This document shows positions 30,087-39,006 of a stretch of DNA of 64,000 nt, piece after piece (the stretch's first letter is position 1; each line of letters begins with the position of its first letter). The position numbers and the translations under genes were made by a program. The stretch comes from an uncultured Candidatus Saccharibacteria bacterium (GTDB lineage Bacteria > Patescibacteriota > Saccharimonadia > Saccharimonadales > CAZMXN01). Under the pieces are notes generated by a model, which ran no database searches, was not told where the DNA came from, and worked only from the letters and a program-made list of their open reading frames with translations. The stretch covers positions 33,165-97,164 of the forward strand of contig CAZMXN010000003.1 in NCBI GenBank assembly GCA_964570275.1. The letters are read 5' to 3'.

Positions 30087-31304
30087 ATGTCAGACTACAC
30101 CCAAGCGGTGACGCAGCGACAGAAACGGCTGATAGTGGCTCTAGTCTATGCCCTGTCAGTAGGTCTGACCGGACTCGGACAGGTTTTCTTTGGGATGAAC
30201 GTCTTTGCCGGCCAGATGACCGAACGCCGGATTACCTTGAGTACTTCGGAGGCCGGCGCCTCCTCAACCTATGCCGTCAGCTTTAAGCCGACGGTCACCA
30301 CCAACATCCTCGGTATAGTGGTTGAACTGTGCGTCGACAGCCCGATTATCGGCGTGGCTTGTGATAAGACCAACGGCGTGACCAACGTACCGGTTACCGG
30401 GCAGGTCACGGTGTCGCATAACTCCGGCAGCGAAGACTTTAACGTGCACACCAACTCGACGGCTGACGGGCTGCTGATTCTGTCCCATGCCACCGGGTTG
30501 ACTTCGGTATCGACTTCGGAGGAAGTGACCTTTTCGTTCACGGCCACCAACCCGCCAACGGCCTGCGGCGGCGCCCCGTCGAATCGCTGTTCGTACTACG
30601 GCCGGCTGTTAACATACTCGGCCGAAGCCGACGCCCAAGGCTATGACGACGAAGCACCGGGCTCGTTTATCGACCAGGGCGGTATCGCGCTTAGCACCGC
30701 CAATCAGCTGACCGTTAACGCCCGGGTGCAGGAAGTCCTGCAGTTCTGTGTCGGCACCGATGACGCCAACACGGCCGGTGACGTCACCGACGACTGCAGC
30801 GATATCACCGGGACGGTGATTGACTTAGGTGTCGTGGATTCCACGCTGATTAATGAATCAGCCAATGATGCCGGCAAGGCCATGGTCAGAACCAATGCCG
30901 TCAACGGCGTGGAGATAGTCTATTATGCCGAACAGGAAAACGGCAGCGGTTCACTCAAAGTGCCGGGTGCGACCTGTGCTCCGCCGTCGCTTACCGACCA
31001 GTGTTTTAACAGCGTTGGTACGACCGAAACGGCCATTACCGCCGGGACTGAGAACTTCGGCATGACCTCTACCGGTGTCAATGTCTCGAACGGCATTACC
31101 ACCAATCTGACGCGTGACACGGATTATGACGCCGATGTCGGCTATGCCTGGGATGACAGCGGTTCAACCGATATCCTGGCCTCCTCGACAACAGTTGTAG
31201 ACGACGAGATGCTGGAGCTTAAGTTCGCGGCTACCGCCAGCCCGACCACCCCGACCGGCGCCTATACCGTCACCGCTACCTTCATCGCCACGGCAACGTT
31301 CTAA
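30087..31304 (+). CDS. Secreted two-domain beta-rich surface protein, paralog 2
   Basis: It has a signal/anchor. Two domains each carry a Cys pair (ELCVDSP...GVAC and LQFCVGTDD...DDCSD). The C-terminus PTGAYTVTATFIATATF is identical to that of paralog 3. The C-terminal half is about 70% identical to paralog 3. Confidence 0.5.
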   Translation: MSDYTQAVTQRQKRLIVALVYALSVGLTGLGQVFFGMNVFAGQMTERRITLSTSEAGASSTYAVSFKPTVTTNILGIVVELCVDSPIIGVACDKTNGVTNVPVTGQVTVSHNSGSEDFNVHTNSTADGLLILSHATGLTSVSTSEEVTFSFTATNPPTACGGAPSNRCSYYGRLLTYSAEADAQGYDDEAPGSFIDQGGIALSTANQLTVNARVQEVLQFCVGTDDANTAGDVTDDCSDITGTVIDLGVVDSTLINESANDAGKAMVRTNAVNGVEIVYYAEQENGSGSLKVPGATCAPPSLTDQCFNSVGTTETAITAGTENFGMTSTGVNVSNGITTNLTRDTDYDADVGYAWDDSGSTDILASSTTVVDDEMLELKFAATASPTTPTGAYTVTATFIATATF

Positions 31305-31470
31305 ACGCGCCAAGCAGCCGGCGAGAAGCTGCCAATAAGCGGCCGCCAACCGAAGATTGAGAACCGGAGACTTCCCCTTGTACAGAGGCAGCCTTGCTTT
31401 TTAAAGCGGTAGCGCTAATAATTGTTTTTGAGACAAGAGCAATTTAAAAGCAAACAGGGAAGTAGGGGAA

Positions 31471-32691
31471 ATGTTCAACGCTGGGGTCAGGAGCCGCCGT
31501 CTAACCGACGCAGCGACTGCATTTATGCTGATAGCGGCGCTGTTGGCACCAGTTTTCTACCCGCGGGCCGCGGCCGCCGAACAGCTGACGACCCGGAGCA
31601 TCACCCTGGGCAGCTCGGTCGCCGGCGCTACGGATGTGACCTACACGGTCACTTTCACCCAGGCGACCTACGGAGCGGCGCTGGAAGGCATCGTGATTGA
31701 TTTCTGCAGCAACAGCCCGATTGCCGGCCTGACCTGCACGACGCCCGCCGGTTTTGACGTTAATGAAAGCGGTTTGGCGGTGTCAGTCACGGGTATGGAC
31801 GGCGGCACGGCCTTTACTAAACACGCCAACACCGATACCAACACCCTGATTCTGACCCGAACCAACGCCACGCTGCAGACCGCCACCAATAACATAACGG
31901 TTACGCTGGGCGCCGGCGGCGGTTCGGACGGCATTACCAACCCGTCAACGGCTTGTGGCGGCACGCCGGCCGACAAGTGTACGTTTTACGCCCGCATCAT
32001 GACCTATGTCGACGACACCGCGGCGGCGGCCTACACCTCGACCAGCCCGGGCAGCTATCAGGATACGGGCAGCGTGGCGCTTAGTACGGCCAATCAGCTG
32101 ACGATTACGGCCCGGGTCCAGGAAGTTCTGCAGTTCTGCGTCGGCACCGAGGACGCTGATTCCAGCAATGACTGCGCTGACATAACCGGTACGATAATCG
32201 ATCTTGGTGTGGTGGACTCATCGCTGGTGGCGGCCTCGGCGGACGGCGCCGGTAAGGCCATGGTCAGAACCAATGCCGTTAACGGCGTGACAATCGGCTA
32301 TTACGCCGAGCAGAATGCCGGCAGCGGCCAGCTTAAAGTCGCCGGGGCCTCCTGCGCCGGCGGGTCATCGACCGACCAGTGCTTTAACAGCGCCGGCACG
32401 ACAGCCCAGGCGATTGTCGCCGGCACGGAAATGTTTGGCATGCGGGCCAATGCCGTCGATACTTCCAACGGCACGACAACCAACCTGGTACGGGACGCCG
32501 TTTATGCCTCGGCCGACTATGCCTGGGACGACTCCGGCTCACTCGATATAATCGCTTCGTCGGCCGGCTCCGGTGTCAAGGTGGTCGACGATGAGCTGGT
32601 CGAGCTGAAGTTCGCCGCCACGGCCGCCACCACTACTCCGACCGGCGCCTATACCGTTACGGCCACTTTCATCGCCACGGCAACGTTCTAA
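31471..32691 (+). CDS. Secreted two-domain beta-rich surface protein, paralog 3
   Basis: It has a signal peptide ending in the Ala-rich AAAE. It shares VQEVLQFCVGTEDAD...IDLGVVDS...AMVRTNAVNGV...FGM...YAWDDSGS...PTGAYTVTATFIATATF with paralog 2. Confidence 0.5.
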   Translation: MFNAGVRSRRLTDAATAFMLIAALLAPVFYPRAAAAEQLTTRSITLGSSVAGATDVTYTVTFTQATYGAALEGIVIDFCSNSPIAGLTCTTPAGFDVNESGLAVSVTGMDGGTAFTKHANTDTNTLILTRTNATLQTATNNITVTLGAGGGSDGITNPSTACGGTPADKCTFYARIMTYVDDTAAAAYTSTSPGSYQDTGSVALSTANQLTITARVQEVLQFCVGTEDADSSNDCADITGTIIDLGVVDSSLVAASADGAGKAMVRTNAVNGVTIGYYAEQNAGSGQLKVAGASCAGGSSTDQCFNSAGTTAQAIVAGTEMFGMRANAVDTSNGTTTNLVRDAVYASADYAWDDSGSLDIIASSAGSGVKVVDDELVELKFAATAATTTPTGAYTVTATFIATATF

Positions 32692-32743
32692 ACCGCCAAT
32701 CCGCCAGGGAGCCAGGCATTAGCGTATAATGGATGTTTAGAAT

Positions 32744-33784
32744 ATGCAGTCGGCAGTACGCAGAAAAATAATGGCCACGATCGGTCTGGTGACCTTACTG
32801 GTCGCGGCAGCGGCCCCGCCGGTTGCCGCCGGTAACCTGGCCAACCGGTCGCTGCGCGTCAGTACATCGGTGCCGGGCGTCGAGGCGTCGCATGAATTCC
32901 GGTTCACTTATCCGGGTACCGACCCGGTCGGATCGGTAGTGTTCGAGTATTGTCAGAACTCACCGCTGTTTGATCTGCCGTGCATTCCGCCGGCTGGCTT
33001 TGACGCTTTAGCCGGTAACCTGGGCGACCAGACCGGCGACACCGGCTTCAGTCTGCATGGCAGCACCACGGCCAACCGGATTGTTATCAGTCGCCCGCCG
33101 GCCGCCACCACCCCGGGGGAATCGCGCTATGTCTTCGCCCAGGTAATCAACCCCTCAACGCCCAGCCAGTCGGTTTACGTGCGGATTTCGACTTACGGCA
33201 GCGACGATGCCACGGGCCTGCCGGTTGATCAGGGCGCCCTGGTCTTCAGCACCGCCGGGGGATTGGGCGTCACGGCTTATGTGCCGCCTTATCTGGTGTT
33301 TTGCGTGGCCGTCAACGTCAGCGTGGACTGCTCGCAAACGGCCGGCAACTATCTGACTCTCGGTACGCTCACTGCCCGGTCGGCGGCGGCGGCTGCCAGC
33401 CAGATGGCGGCTTATACCAATGACGAGACCGGCTACGTCATCTCGGCCCTGGGCACATCCATGACTTCCGGTAATAACTTTATTCCGCCGCTGCTTAACC
33501 CCACTGCCAGCAATCCCGGTACGTCCCAGTTCGGCATCAATTTAAGGGGCAATTCGAATCCGGCCGTCGGCGAAGACCCGGACGGCAGCGGGACCGGCCT
33601 GGCCATGACCGGTTACGACTCGCCGAACCTGTTCAAATTTAACAGCGGCGATATCGTGGCCAGTTCGCTGCTGCCCACCGAATCCAACCGCTACACCGTC
33701 AGTTATCTGGTTAACGTCCCCGAAGGTCAGCCGCCGGGCATCTACACCACCACCCTGACTTACGTGGCCGTCGCCCAGTTTTAA
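32744..33784 (+). CDS. Secreted beta-rich surface protein, paralog 4
   Basis: It has a signal peptide. The segments FEYCQNSP..LPC, YLVFCVAVNVSVDC, QFGINL, GYDSPNLFKF and a C-terminal YTVSYLVNVPEGQPPGIYTTTLTYVAVAQF are homologous to paralogs 1-3. The true start may be the internal Met at about 32771. Confidence 0.5.
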   Translation: MQSAVRRKIMATIGLVTLLVAAAAPPVAAGNLANRSLRVSTSVPGVEASHEFRFTYPGTDPVGSVVFEYCQNSPLFDLPCIPPAGFDALAGNLGDQTGDTGFSLHGSTTANRIVISRPPAATTPGESRYVFAQVINPSTPSQSVYVRISTYGSDDATGLPVDQGALVFSTAGGLGVTAYVPPYLVFCVAVNVSVDCSQTAGNYLTLGTLTARSAAAAASQMAAYTNDETGYVISALGTSMTSGNNFIPPLLNPTASNPGTSQFGINLRGNSNPAVGEDPDGSGTGLAMTGYDSPNLFKFNSGDIVASSLLPTESNRYTVSYLVNVPEGQPPGIYTTTLTYVAVAQF

Positions 33785-33883
33785 ACTTAAGCGTGGCCCG
33801 CAAAAAAATGTTTCGCTTTTATCGGCTTGTTGCTAGAATAACCATCAAGCATCAATTGCAAAATACGGAGGGTTCGCTTTTTT

Positions 33884-34873
33884 ATGAACATGCTTAAGTC
33901 AGTCGGCCGGGCGCTGGGCTATATGCTGCTGCTCGGCTTATTTGTTGGCGGGACGACGGTGCTCGCCCAGGATTCGCAGAATCCCGGCAGCGGCCTGCAG
34001 ATAACCCCTACCCGTCACGAAGTTACCATTGAACCCGGCGCGGCCAGCACCATAACCATCGGGCTTAAGAATGTGTCAGGCGGCGAGGTGGTCGCCCAGG
34101 CCATCGTTAATGATTTTGAGCCGGATGACGATACCGGCGCGCCGCGGATCAATCCGGATGTCAACGCCGAAGGGCCGACCAGCATCAAGCCGTTCCTGCA
34201 GGGCCTCGAAGATGTGCCGCTGGCGGACGACGAGACCAAAGAGGTGACCCTTACTTTGAGCCTGCCGGAAGGCGTGTCGCCGGGGGCCTACTACGGTGTT
34301 ATCCGCTATCAGGCCGTGCCGGTGGAGGCGGGCGGCGAACCCGGTCAGGTCTCCCTGACGGCCAGTGTCGGTTCGATTGTTTTACTGGAAGTGCCGGGCA
34401 ACATCACTAAAAGCATGCGTCTGGATGCGCTCAGAGTCGAGCGTGACGGCGCAGCCAAGTCGCTGTTTTTCCTGGACGCGCCGGACCAGGCGGTTTTGAG
34501 CGTTACCAACACCGGCAACAGCTACATCAAGCCGTTCGGCAAGATCTCGATCAGCAAATCAGGCGACGAAGTTTACAGCTACGAGCTCAACAATGTCGAA
34601 CCGCGCGGTAACGTTCTGCCGGATTCGCTGCGTAATTTCCGCCACAGTGAAGACGAGTTTAAAAAGAAAGTCAGCGGTTTTGGCCGCTACACCATGGTCG
34701 CCAACATCGGTTTTGACGAGGGCAGCGAGGTGCTGACGATCACCGCGAGCTTCTGGGTAATTCCCCTGTGGTTCGTCATCACCGTTCTTGTGGTGCTGGT
34801 GCTCATCGCCGCCGCCGTATTCTACTTGCGCCGCAAGTCGCGGGCCGGCCATCCCCGCCGCGTCCGTCGCTGA
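33884..34873 (+). CDS. Membrane-anchored protein with a PapD/MSP-like (pilus-chaperone-like) N-terminal beta-sandwich, a C-terminal TM helix and a basic tail
   Basis: There is a signal peptide. LQITPTRHEVTIEPGAASTITIGLKNVSGGEVVAQAIVNDFE resembles the PapD_N pattern (v.l..TR.i.......s.tl.v.N.s....l.Q.wv). IKPFLQG..DVPLADDETKEVTLTL...GAYYGVIRYQAVP resembles the pf.vtPPlfrl.pg..q.lRi segment. The C-terminus is WVIPLWFVITVLVVLVLIAAAVFYLRRKSRAGHPRRVRR. The topology also resembles Firmicutes DUF916-type csc-locus proteins. All of this is inference. Confidence 0.45.
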   Translation: MNMLKSVGRALGYMLLLGLFVGGTTVLAQDSQNPGSGLQITPTRHEVTIEPGAASTITIGLKNVSGGEVVAQAIVNDFEPDDDTGAPRINPDVNAEGPTSIKPFLQGLEDVPLADDETKEVTLTLSLPEGVSPGAYYGVIRYQAVPVEAGGEPGQVSLTASVGSIVLLEVPGNITKSMRLDALRVERDGAAKSLFFLDAPDQAVLSVTNTGNSYIKPFGKISISKSGDEVYSYELNNVEPRGNVLPDSLRNFRHSEDEFKKKVSGFGRYTMVANIGFDEGSEVLTITASFWVIPLWFVITVLVVLVLIAAAVFYLRRKSRAGHPRRVRR

Positions 34874-34968
34874 CCGCCTGGCGTGCAAAAGCTGCCCGCC
34901 TTCCTTTACTCTGCTCGCGCTTAAAGCTGTCCCCGTGCTAAGATAAGGATAAGCATTAAACGAGTGAC

Positions 34969-35856
34969 ATGACACTAAGCCTGCATCAAAAAATATTCCT
35001 TAGCGGCGTCCTGATTCTGACCCTGGCTATCTGCGGGCTTTGGCCGGCCCGATCGGCTAGCGCCCAGTCCACCCAGAGCGGCTCAATCGGTATCGAGGGC
35101 ACCGTGCCGGGCGACCCGCCGACCCAGGGCGCGGTGATTTCCTTTCCGACAAACGGCCAGACGTTCAGCCAGACGCCGATCACGGTGAGGGGTATTTGCC
35201 CCGACGGTCTGCTGATCAAATTGTTTAAAAACAACGTGTTCGGCGGCTCGGTCGATTGCGCAAACGGCAGTTTCTCGATTGTGACCGATTTGTTTGACGG
35301 CCAGAACGACCTTGTTGCCAGGGTGTACGACGCTCTGGACCAGGCCGGTCCGGACTCGCCGACGGTGACGGTGACTTTCGATGATCCGCGGACCGTGCCG
35401 GGCCCGCGGGTGTCGCTGTCCAGCAACTACGCTAAACGCGGGGCCGATCCGGGCCAGACCCTGACCTGGCCAATCATCCTAAGCGGCGGCACCGGGCCGT
35501 ATGCTATCAGCGTCGATTGGGGTGACGGCTCCGAAGCCAGCCTGATCAGCCAGCCGTTTCCCGGCAGTTTCGACCTTGAGCATGTCTACGAGGCGGCCGG
35601 TGTTTACAACATCATCATCAAAGCCACCGACGTGGACGGCTTTACGGCTTATCTGCAGGTGGTAGGGGTGGGCAACGGCCCGCTCGGTCAGACCGGTGAT
35701 ACGGCCGATGCCGACGCCCAGACGATTGTCCGGACGGTTATCATCTGGCAGCCGCTGGTGTTGTTTGTCATCCTGCTATTTCTGGCGTTCTGGCTGGGCC
35801 GGCGGCACAGCCTGTACGCCCTGCGCCGTCAGCTGGAAGAGAGCAGCCGGCGATAA
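34969..35856 (+). CDS. PKD-domain surface protein with a C-terminal TM anchor
   Basis: There is a signal peptide. An Ig-like region is followed by the PKD signature ISVDWGDGSEASL...HVYEAAGVYNIIIKATDVDG (the WxxGDG...HxY...GxYxVxLxVxD pattern). The C-terminus has the TM helix LVLFVILLFLAFWLG and a basic tail. Confidence 0.55.
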   Translation: MTLSLHQKIFLSGVLILTLAICGLWPARSASAQSTQSGSIGIEGTVPGDPPTQGAVISFPTNGQTFSQTPITVRGICPDGLLIKLFKNNVFGGSVDCANGSFSIVTDLFDGQNDLVARVYDALDQAGPDSPTVTVTFDDPRTVPGPRVSLSSNYAKRGADPGQTLTWPIILSGGTGPYAISVDWGDGSEASLISQPFPGSFDLEHVYEAAGVYNIIIKATDVDGFTAYLQVVGVGNGPLGQTGDTADADAQTIVRTVIIWQPLVLFVILLFLAFWLGRRHSLYALRRQLEESSRR

Positions 35857-35877
35857 TCTGTTAAAATAGGCTGCGAT

Positions 35878-36972
35878 ATGTCAAAGAAGGTTTACGTCGG
35901 TATGAGCGGCGGGGTGGACTCGTCGGTGACAGCGGCTTTGCTGAAAGAGCAGGGACACAACGTCACGGGCGTGTTCATGAAGAACTGGACGCAGGATCTG
36001 CCCGGTTTCGACTGCCCCTGGAAAGCAGATTATCAGGACGCCAAGCGGGTGGCCGTCCAGCTAGGCATTGATTTTAAGGTTTACGATTTCCAGGATGAGT
36101 ACCGCCGTAAAGTCGTCGATTATATGATTGACGAGTATAAAGCCGGCCGCACGCCCAACCCCGACATCATGTGTAACCAGGAAGTTAAGTTCAAGCTGTT
36201 TCTTGAGACGGCGCTGGAGGACGGCGCCGAATTAATCGCCACCGGGCACTATAGCCGCGTCGCGGTCGGTCCACAGCTGACAGACAACCGACATCAGTTT
36301 CAACTGCTTACTGCCCGGAATACCGATAAGGACCAGTCCTACTTTTTGTATAGGGTGCCGGAGACGGCTCTTCAAAACAGCCTGATGCCAATCGGCGAGT
36401 TTCCGACCAAGGATGAAGTCAGGACGCTGGCCAGAAAATTCAAGCTCTATACGGCCGACAAGAAAGACAGCCAGGGCATCTGTTTTGTCGGCCGGGTGGG
36501 GATTAAGGAGTTTTTGCAGCAGTTTGTCGAGACCGAAGCCGGGCCGATCATTGACCAGCACGGTGCGACGATTGGCCAACACGACGGGGCGATTTTTTAC
36601 ACCATCGGCCAGCGTAAAGGCCTGCACGTCGGCGGCGGCCTGCCATACTACGTCGCCGGCAAGGACATGGACAAAAACATCGTTTATGTAACGACCGATC
36701 TGTCGGACGATAAGCTCTGGCGGCAGGAGCTCAAGCTGACCGATGTTCACTGGATCAACGGGCAGCCGGATCCAAGCCGGAAGTATCAGATACGCACCAG
36801 ATACCGGGCGCCACTGGTAGCGTGTACGCTAGATATAGCGCCTTCAACCGGCAATAATGACCAAACGACGCTACAGGTAGCGTTATCGGAGGCGGTGCGG
36901 GCCATAACGCCCGGCCAGTCGGCGGTGGTTTACGACGGCGAGCGGGTCTTGGGCGGCGGCATCGTCCTGTAG
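35878..36972 (+). CDS. mnmA: tRNA-specific 2-thiouridylase MnmA
   Basis: The PP-loop reads VGMSGGVDSSV. Catalytic Cys are seen at ...MCNQEVKF... and ...DSQGICFVG... Length is 364 aa. Confidence 0.9.
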   Translation: MSKKVYVGMSGGVDSSVTAALLKEQGHNVTGVFMKNWTQDLPGFDCPWKADYQDAKRVAVQLGIDFKVYDFQDEYRRKVVDYMIDEYKAGRTPNPDIMCNQEVKFKLFLETALEDGAELIATGHYSRVAVGPQLTDNRHQFQLLTARNTDKDQSYFLYRVPETALQNSLMPIGEFPTKDEVRTLARKFKLYTADKKDSQGICFVGRVGIKEFLQQFVETEAGPIIDQHGATIGQHDGAIFYTIGQRKGLHVGGGLPYYVAGKDMDKNIVYVTTDLSDDKLWRQELKLTDVHWINGQPDPSRKYQIRTRYRAPLVACTLDIAPSTGNNDQTTLQVALSEAVRAITPGQSAVVYDGERVLGGGIVL

Positions 36973-37048
36973 TTCCTGGTTATAAATGCGCATGGTCATT
37001 GACGGCTGGAGCCAAAGACCAACTCTTCTTCTGCTACAATTAGAGGAT

Positions 37049-38950
37049 ATGACAGCACAGGAGATCAGACAGGCCTATTTGAGTTTCTTTAAAGAGCGCG
37101 GGCACGCCGTGATTCCGCGGGCCCAGCTGGTGCCGCAGGATGACCCGACCACGCTGTTTACCGGCTCCGGCATGCAGCCGCTGATACCGTATTTGCTCGG
37201 CGAGCCGCATCCGGAAGGCACCCGGCTGGTCGACAGCCAGACCTGTTTAAGAGCCCAGGATATCGATGAAGTCGGCGACAACCGCCACACCACGTTTTTT
37301 GAGATGCTCGGCAACTGGAGTTTGGGCGACTACTTCAAGGCCGAACAGCTGCCGTGGTTCTTTGAGTTCCTGACCGAGGTGATCGGGCTGGACCCGAACA
37401 AGCTTTATGTTACCTGCTTTATCGGCGATGAGGCCAGCAGTATCCCTAAAGACACCGAAAGCGCCGCTATCTGGCGGGAACTGTTTAAGTCGAAAGGCGT
37501 TGAAGCCAAGGAGGTTGAGATTGGCCCCGAAGCTGACGGTTACGCCAAGGGCATGCAAGGCGGTCGGATATTCTTCTACGACGCCAGCAAGAACTGGTGG
37601 TGCCGGGCCGGCTCAATCGATGACATGCCGGTCGGCGAGCCGGGCGGTCCGGACAGCGAGGTGTTTTATGAATTCGACCACATCGAGCACGATCCGGATT
37701 ATGGCGCCAACTGTCACCCCAATTGTGACTGCGGCCGCTTTATGGAGATCGGCAATTCAGTGTTCATGGAATATGTCCGCACCGACAGCGGCTTTGACAA
37801 GCTGCCCAAGCGCAACGTCGACTTCGGCGGCGGCCTGGAGCGCATTGCCGCGGCGGCCATCAACAACCCTGACGTCTTTAGGATCAGCCTGCTGGAGCCG
37901 ATCATTGAGGAGCTGGAAAAGCTGTCCGGCAAAAAGTACGACAGCTATACCACCGGGATGCGGGTGATTGCCGATCACTTGCGCGGCGCGGTCTTCCTGG
38001 CCGTCGACGGCGTCAGCCCGAGCAACAAGGAGCAGGGTTACGTGATGCGCCGGCTGATGCGCCGGGCGATCCGCTTCGCTTTCGAACTGGGCGTGGAACA
38101 GAACTTCATGGAACGGATCGTGCCGGTCATTGCCGACATCTATCAGGCCGATTTTCCGGAAGTAGCCGACAAGCGCAAAGAGGTGGTGTCAATTCTTATC
38201 AAAGAGGAAAAAGCCTTCCGCCAGACGTTGCGCAAGGGGCTGAGGGAATTCGAGCGCCTGTTTGGCGCCGGCGACCAAAAGTCGAAAGCCAGAAGTCACG
38301 GCGAAGCCATTTTCCAGCTGTATGACACCTACGGCTTTCCGGTCGAGCTCAGTACCGAGGAAGCTTTCAAGCAGGGAATTGAACTGGAAGACAACTGGCG
38401 GCAGGAGTTCGAAGCCAAAATGGCCGAGCAGCGGCAGCGCAGCCAAACCGCCGCTAAAGGAACTTTCAAGGGCGGCCTTGGCGGGCACTCCGACATGCAC
38501 AAGAAATACCACACCGCCACGCATCTGATGTATCGGGCGCTGCGCGAAGTCCTGGGCGACCATGTGGTCCAGCGCGGCAGCAACATCACCGATGAACGGC
38601 TGCGCTTTGATTTCAGCCATCCCGAAAAAATGACACCCGACCAAATCAAACAGGTCGAGGATATTGTCAATGAGCGTATCGGGATGGATCTTAAGGTGTC
38701 GTTTGAGGAGTTGCCAACCGACGAAGCCCTGGCCCGCGGCGCCTACGGCGCGTTTGGCGACAAGTACGGTGACACCGTCAAGGTTTACTCGATGAAGGAT
38801 GACAAGGGGCGGGCTTACAGCTTTGAGATTTGCGGCGGCCCCCATGTTGAGCACACCGGCGAACTCGGTCAGGACGGTAAGCGGCTTAAAATCACCAAAG
38901 AAGAAAGCTCGTCAGCCGGCGTACGGCGAATCAAGGCGGTGCTGCGCTAG
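37049..38950 (+). CDS. alaS: Alanine--tRNA ligase (short form lacking the C-Ala domain, about 633 aa)
   Basis: Class II AlaRS motifs are present (FFKERGHAVIP, MLGNWSLGDYFK, FMEIGNSVFMEY). The editing-domain H-x-x-x-H region reads HTATHLMYRAL, with ...ICGGPHV. The start is refined to the ATG at 37049, which has a GAGGA Shine-Dalgarno. The track ORF starts at 36986. Confidence 0.85.
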   Translation: MTAQEIRQAYLSFFKERGHAVIPRAQLVPQDDPTTLFTGSGMQPLIPYLLGEPHPEGTRLVDSQTCLRAQDIDEVGDNRHTTFFEMLGNWSLGDYFKAEQLPWFFEFLTEVIGLDPNKLYVTCFIGDEASSIPKDTESAAIWRELFKSKGVEAKEVEIGPEADGYAKGMQGGRIFFYDASKNWWCRAGSIDDMPVGEPGGPDSEVFYEFDHIEHDPDYGANCHPNCDCGRFMEIGNSVFMEYVRTDSGFDKLPKRNVDFGGGLERIAAAAINNPDVFRISLLEPIIEELEKLSGKKYDSYTTGMRVIADHLRGAVFLAVDGVSPSNKEQGYVMRRLMRRAIRFAFELGVEQNFMERIVPVIADIYQADFPEVADKRKEVVSILIKEEKAFRQTLRKGLREFERLFGAGDQKSKARSHGEAIFQLYDTYGFPVELSTEEAFKQGIELEDNWRQEFEAKMAEQRQRSQTAAKGTFKGGLGGHSDMHKKYHTATHLMYRALREVLGDHVVQRGSNITDERLRFDFSHPEKMTPDQIKQVEDIVNERIGMDLKVSFEELPTDEALARGAYGAFGDKYGDTVKVYSMKDDKGRAYSFEICGGPHVEHTGELGQDGKRLKITKEESSSAGVRRIKAVLR

Positions 38951-39006
38951 AAAAACCGCGTGGCCGCCCCCGCTATAGCATTACCGGTAACATGATATAA
39001 TGCAGG

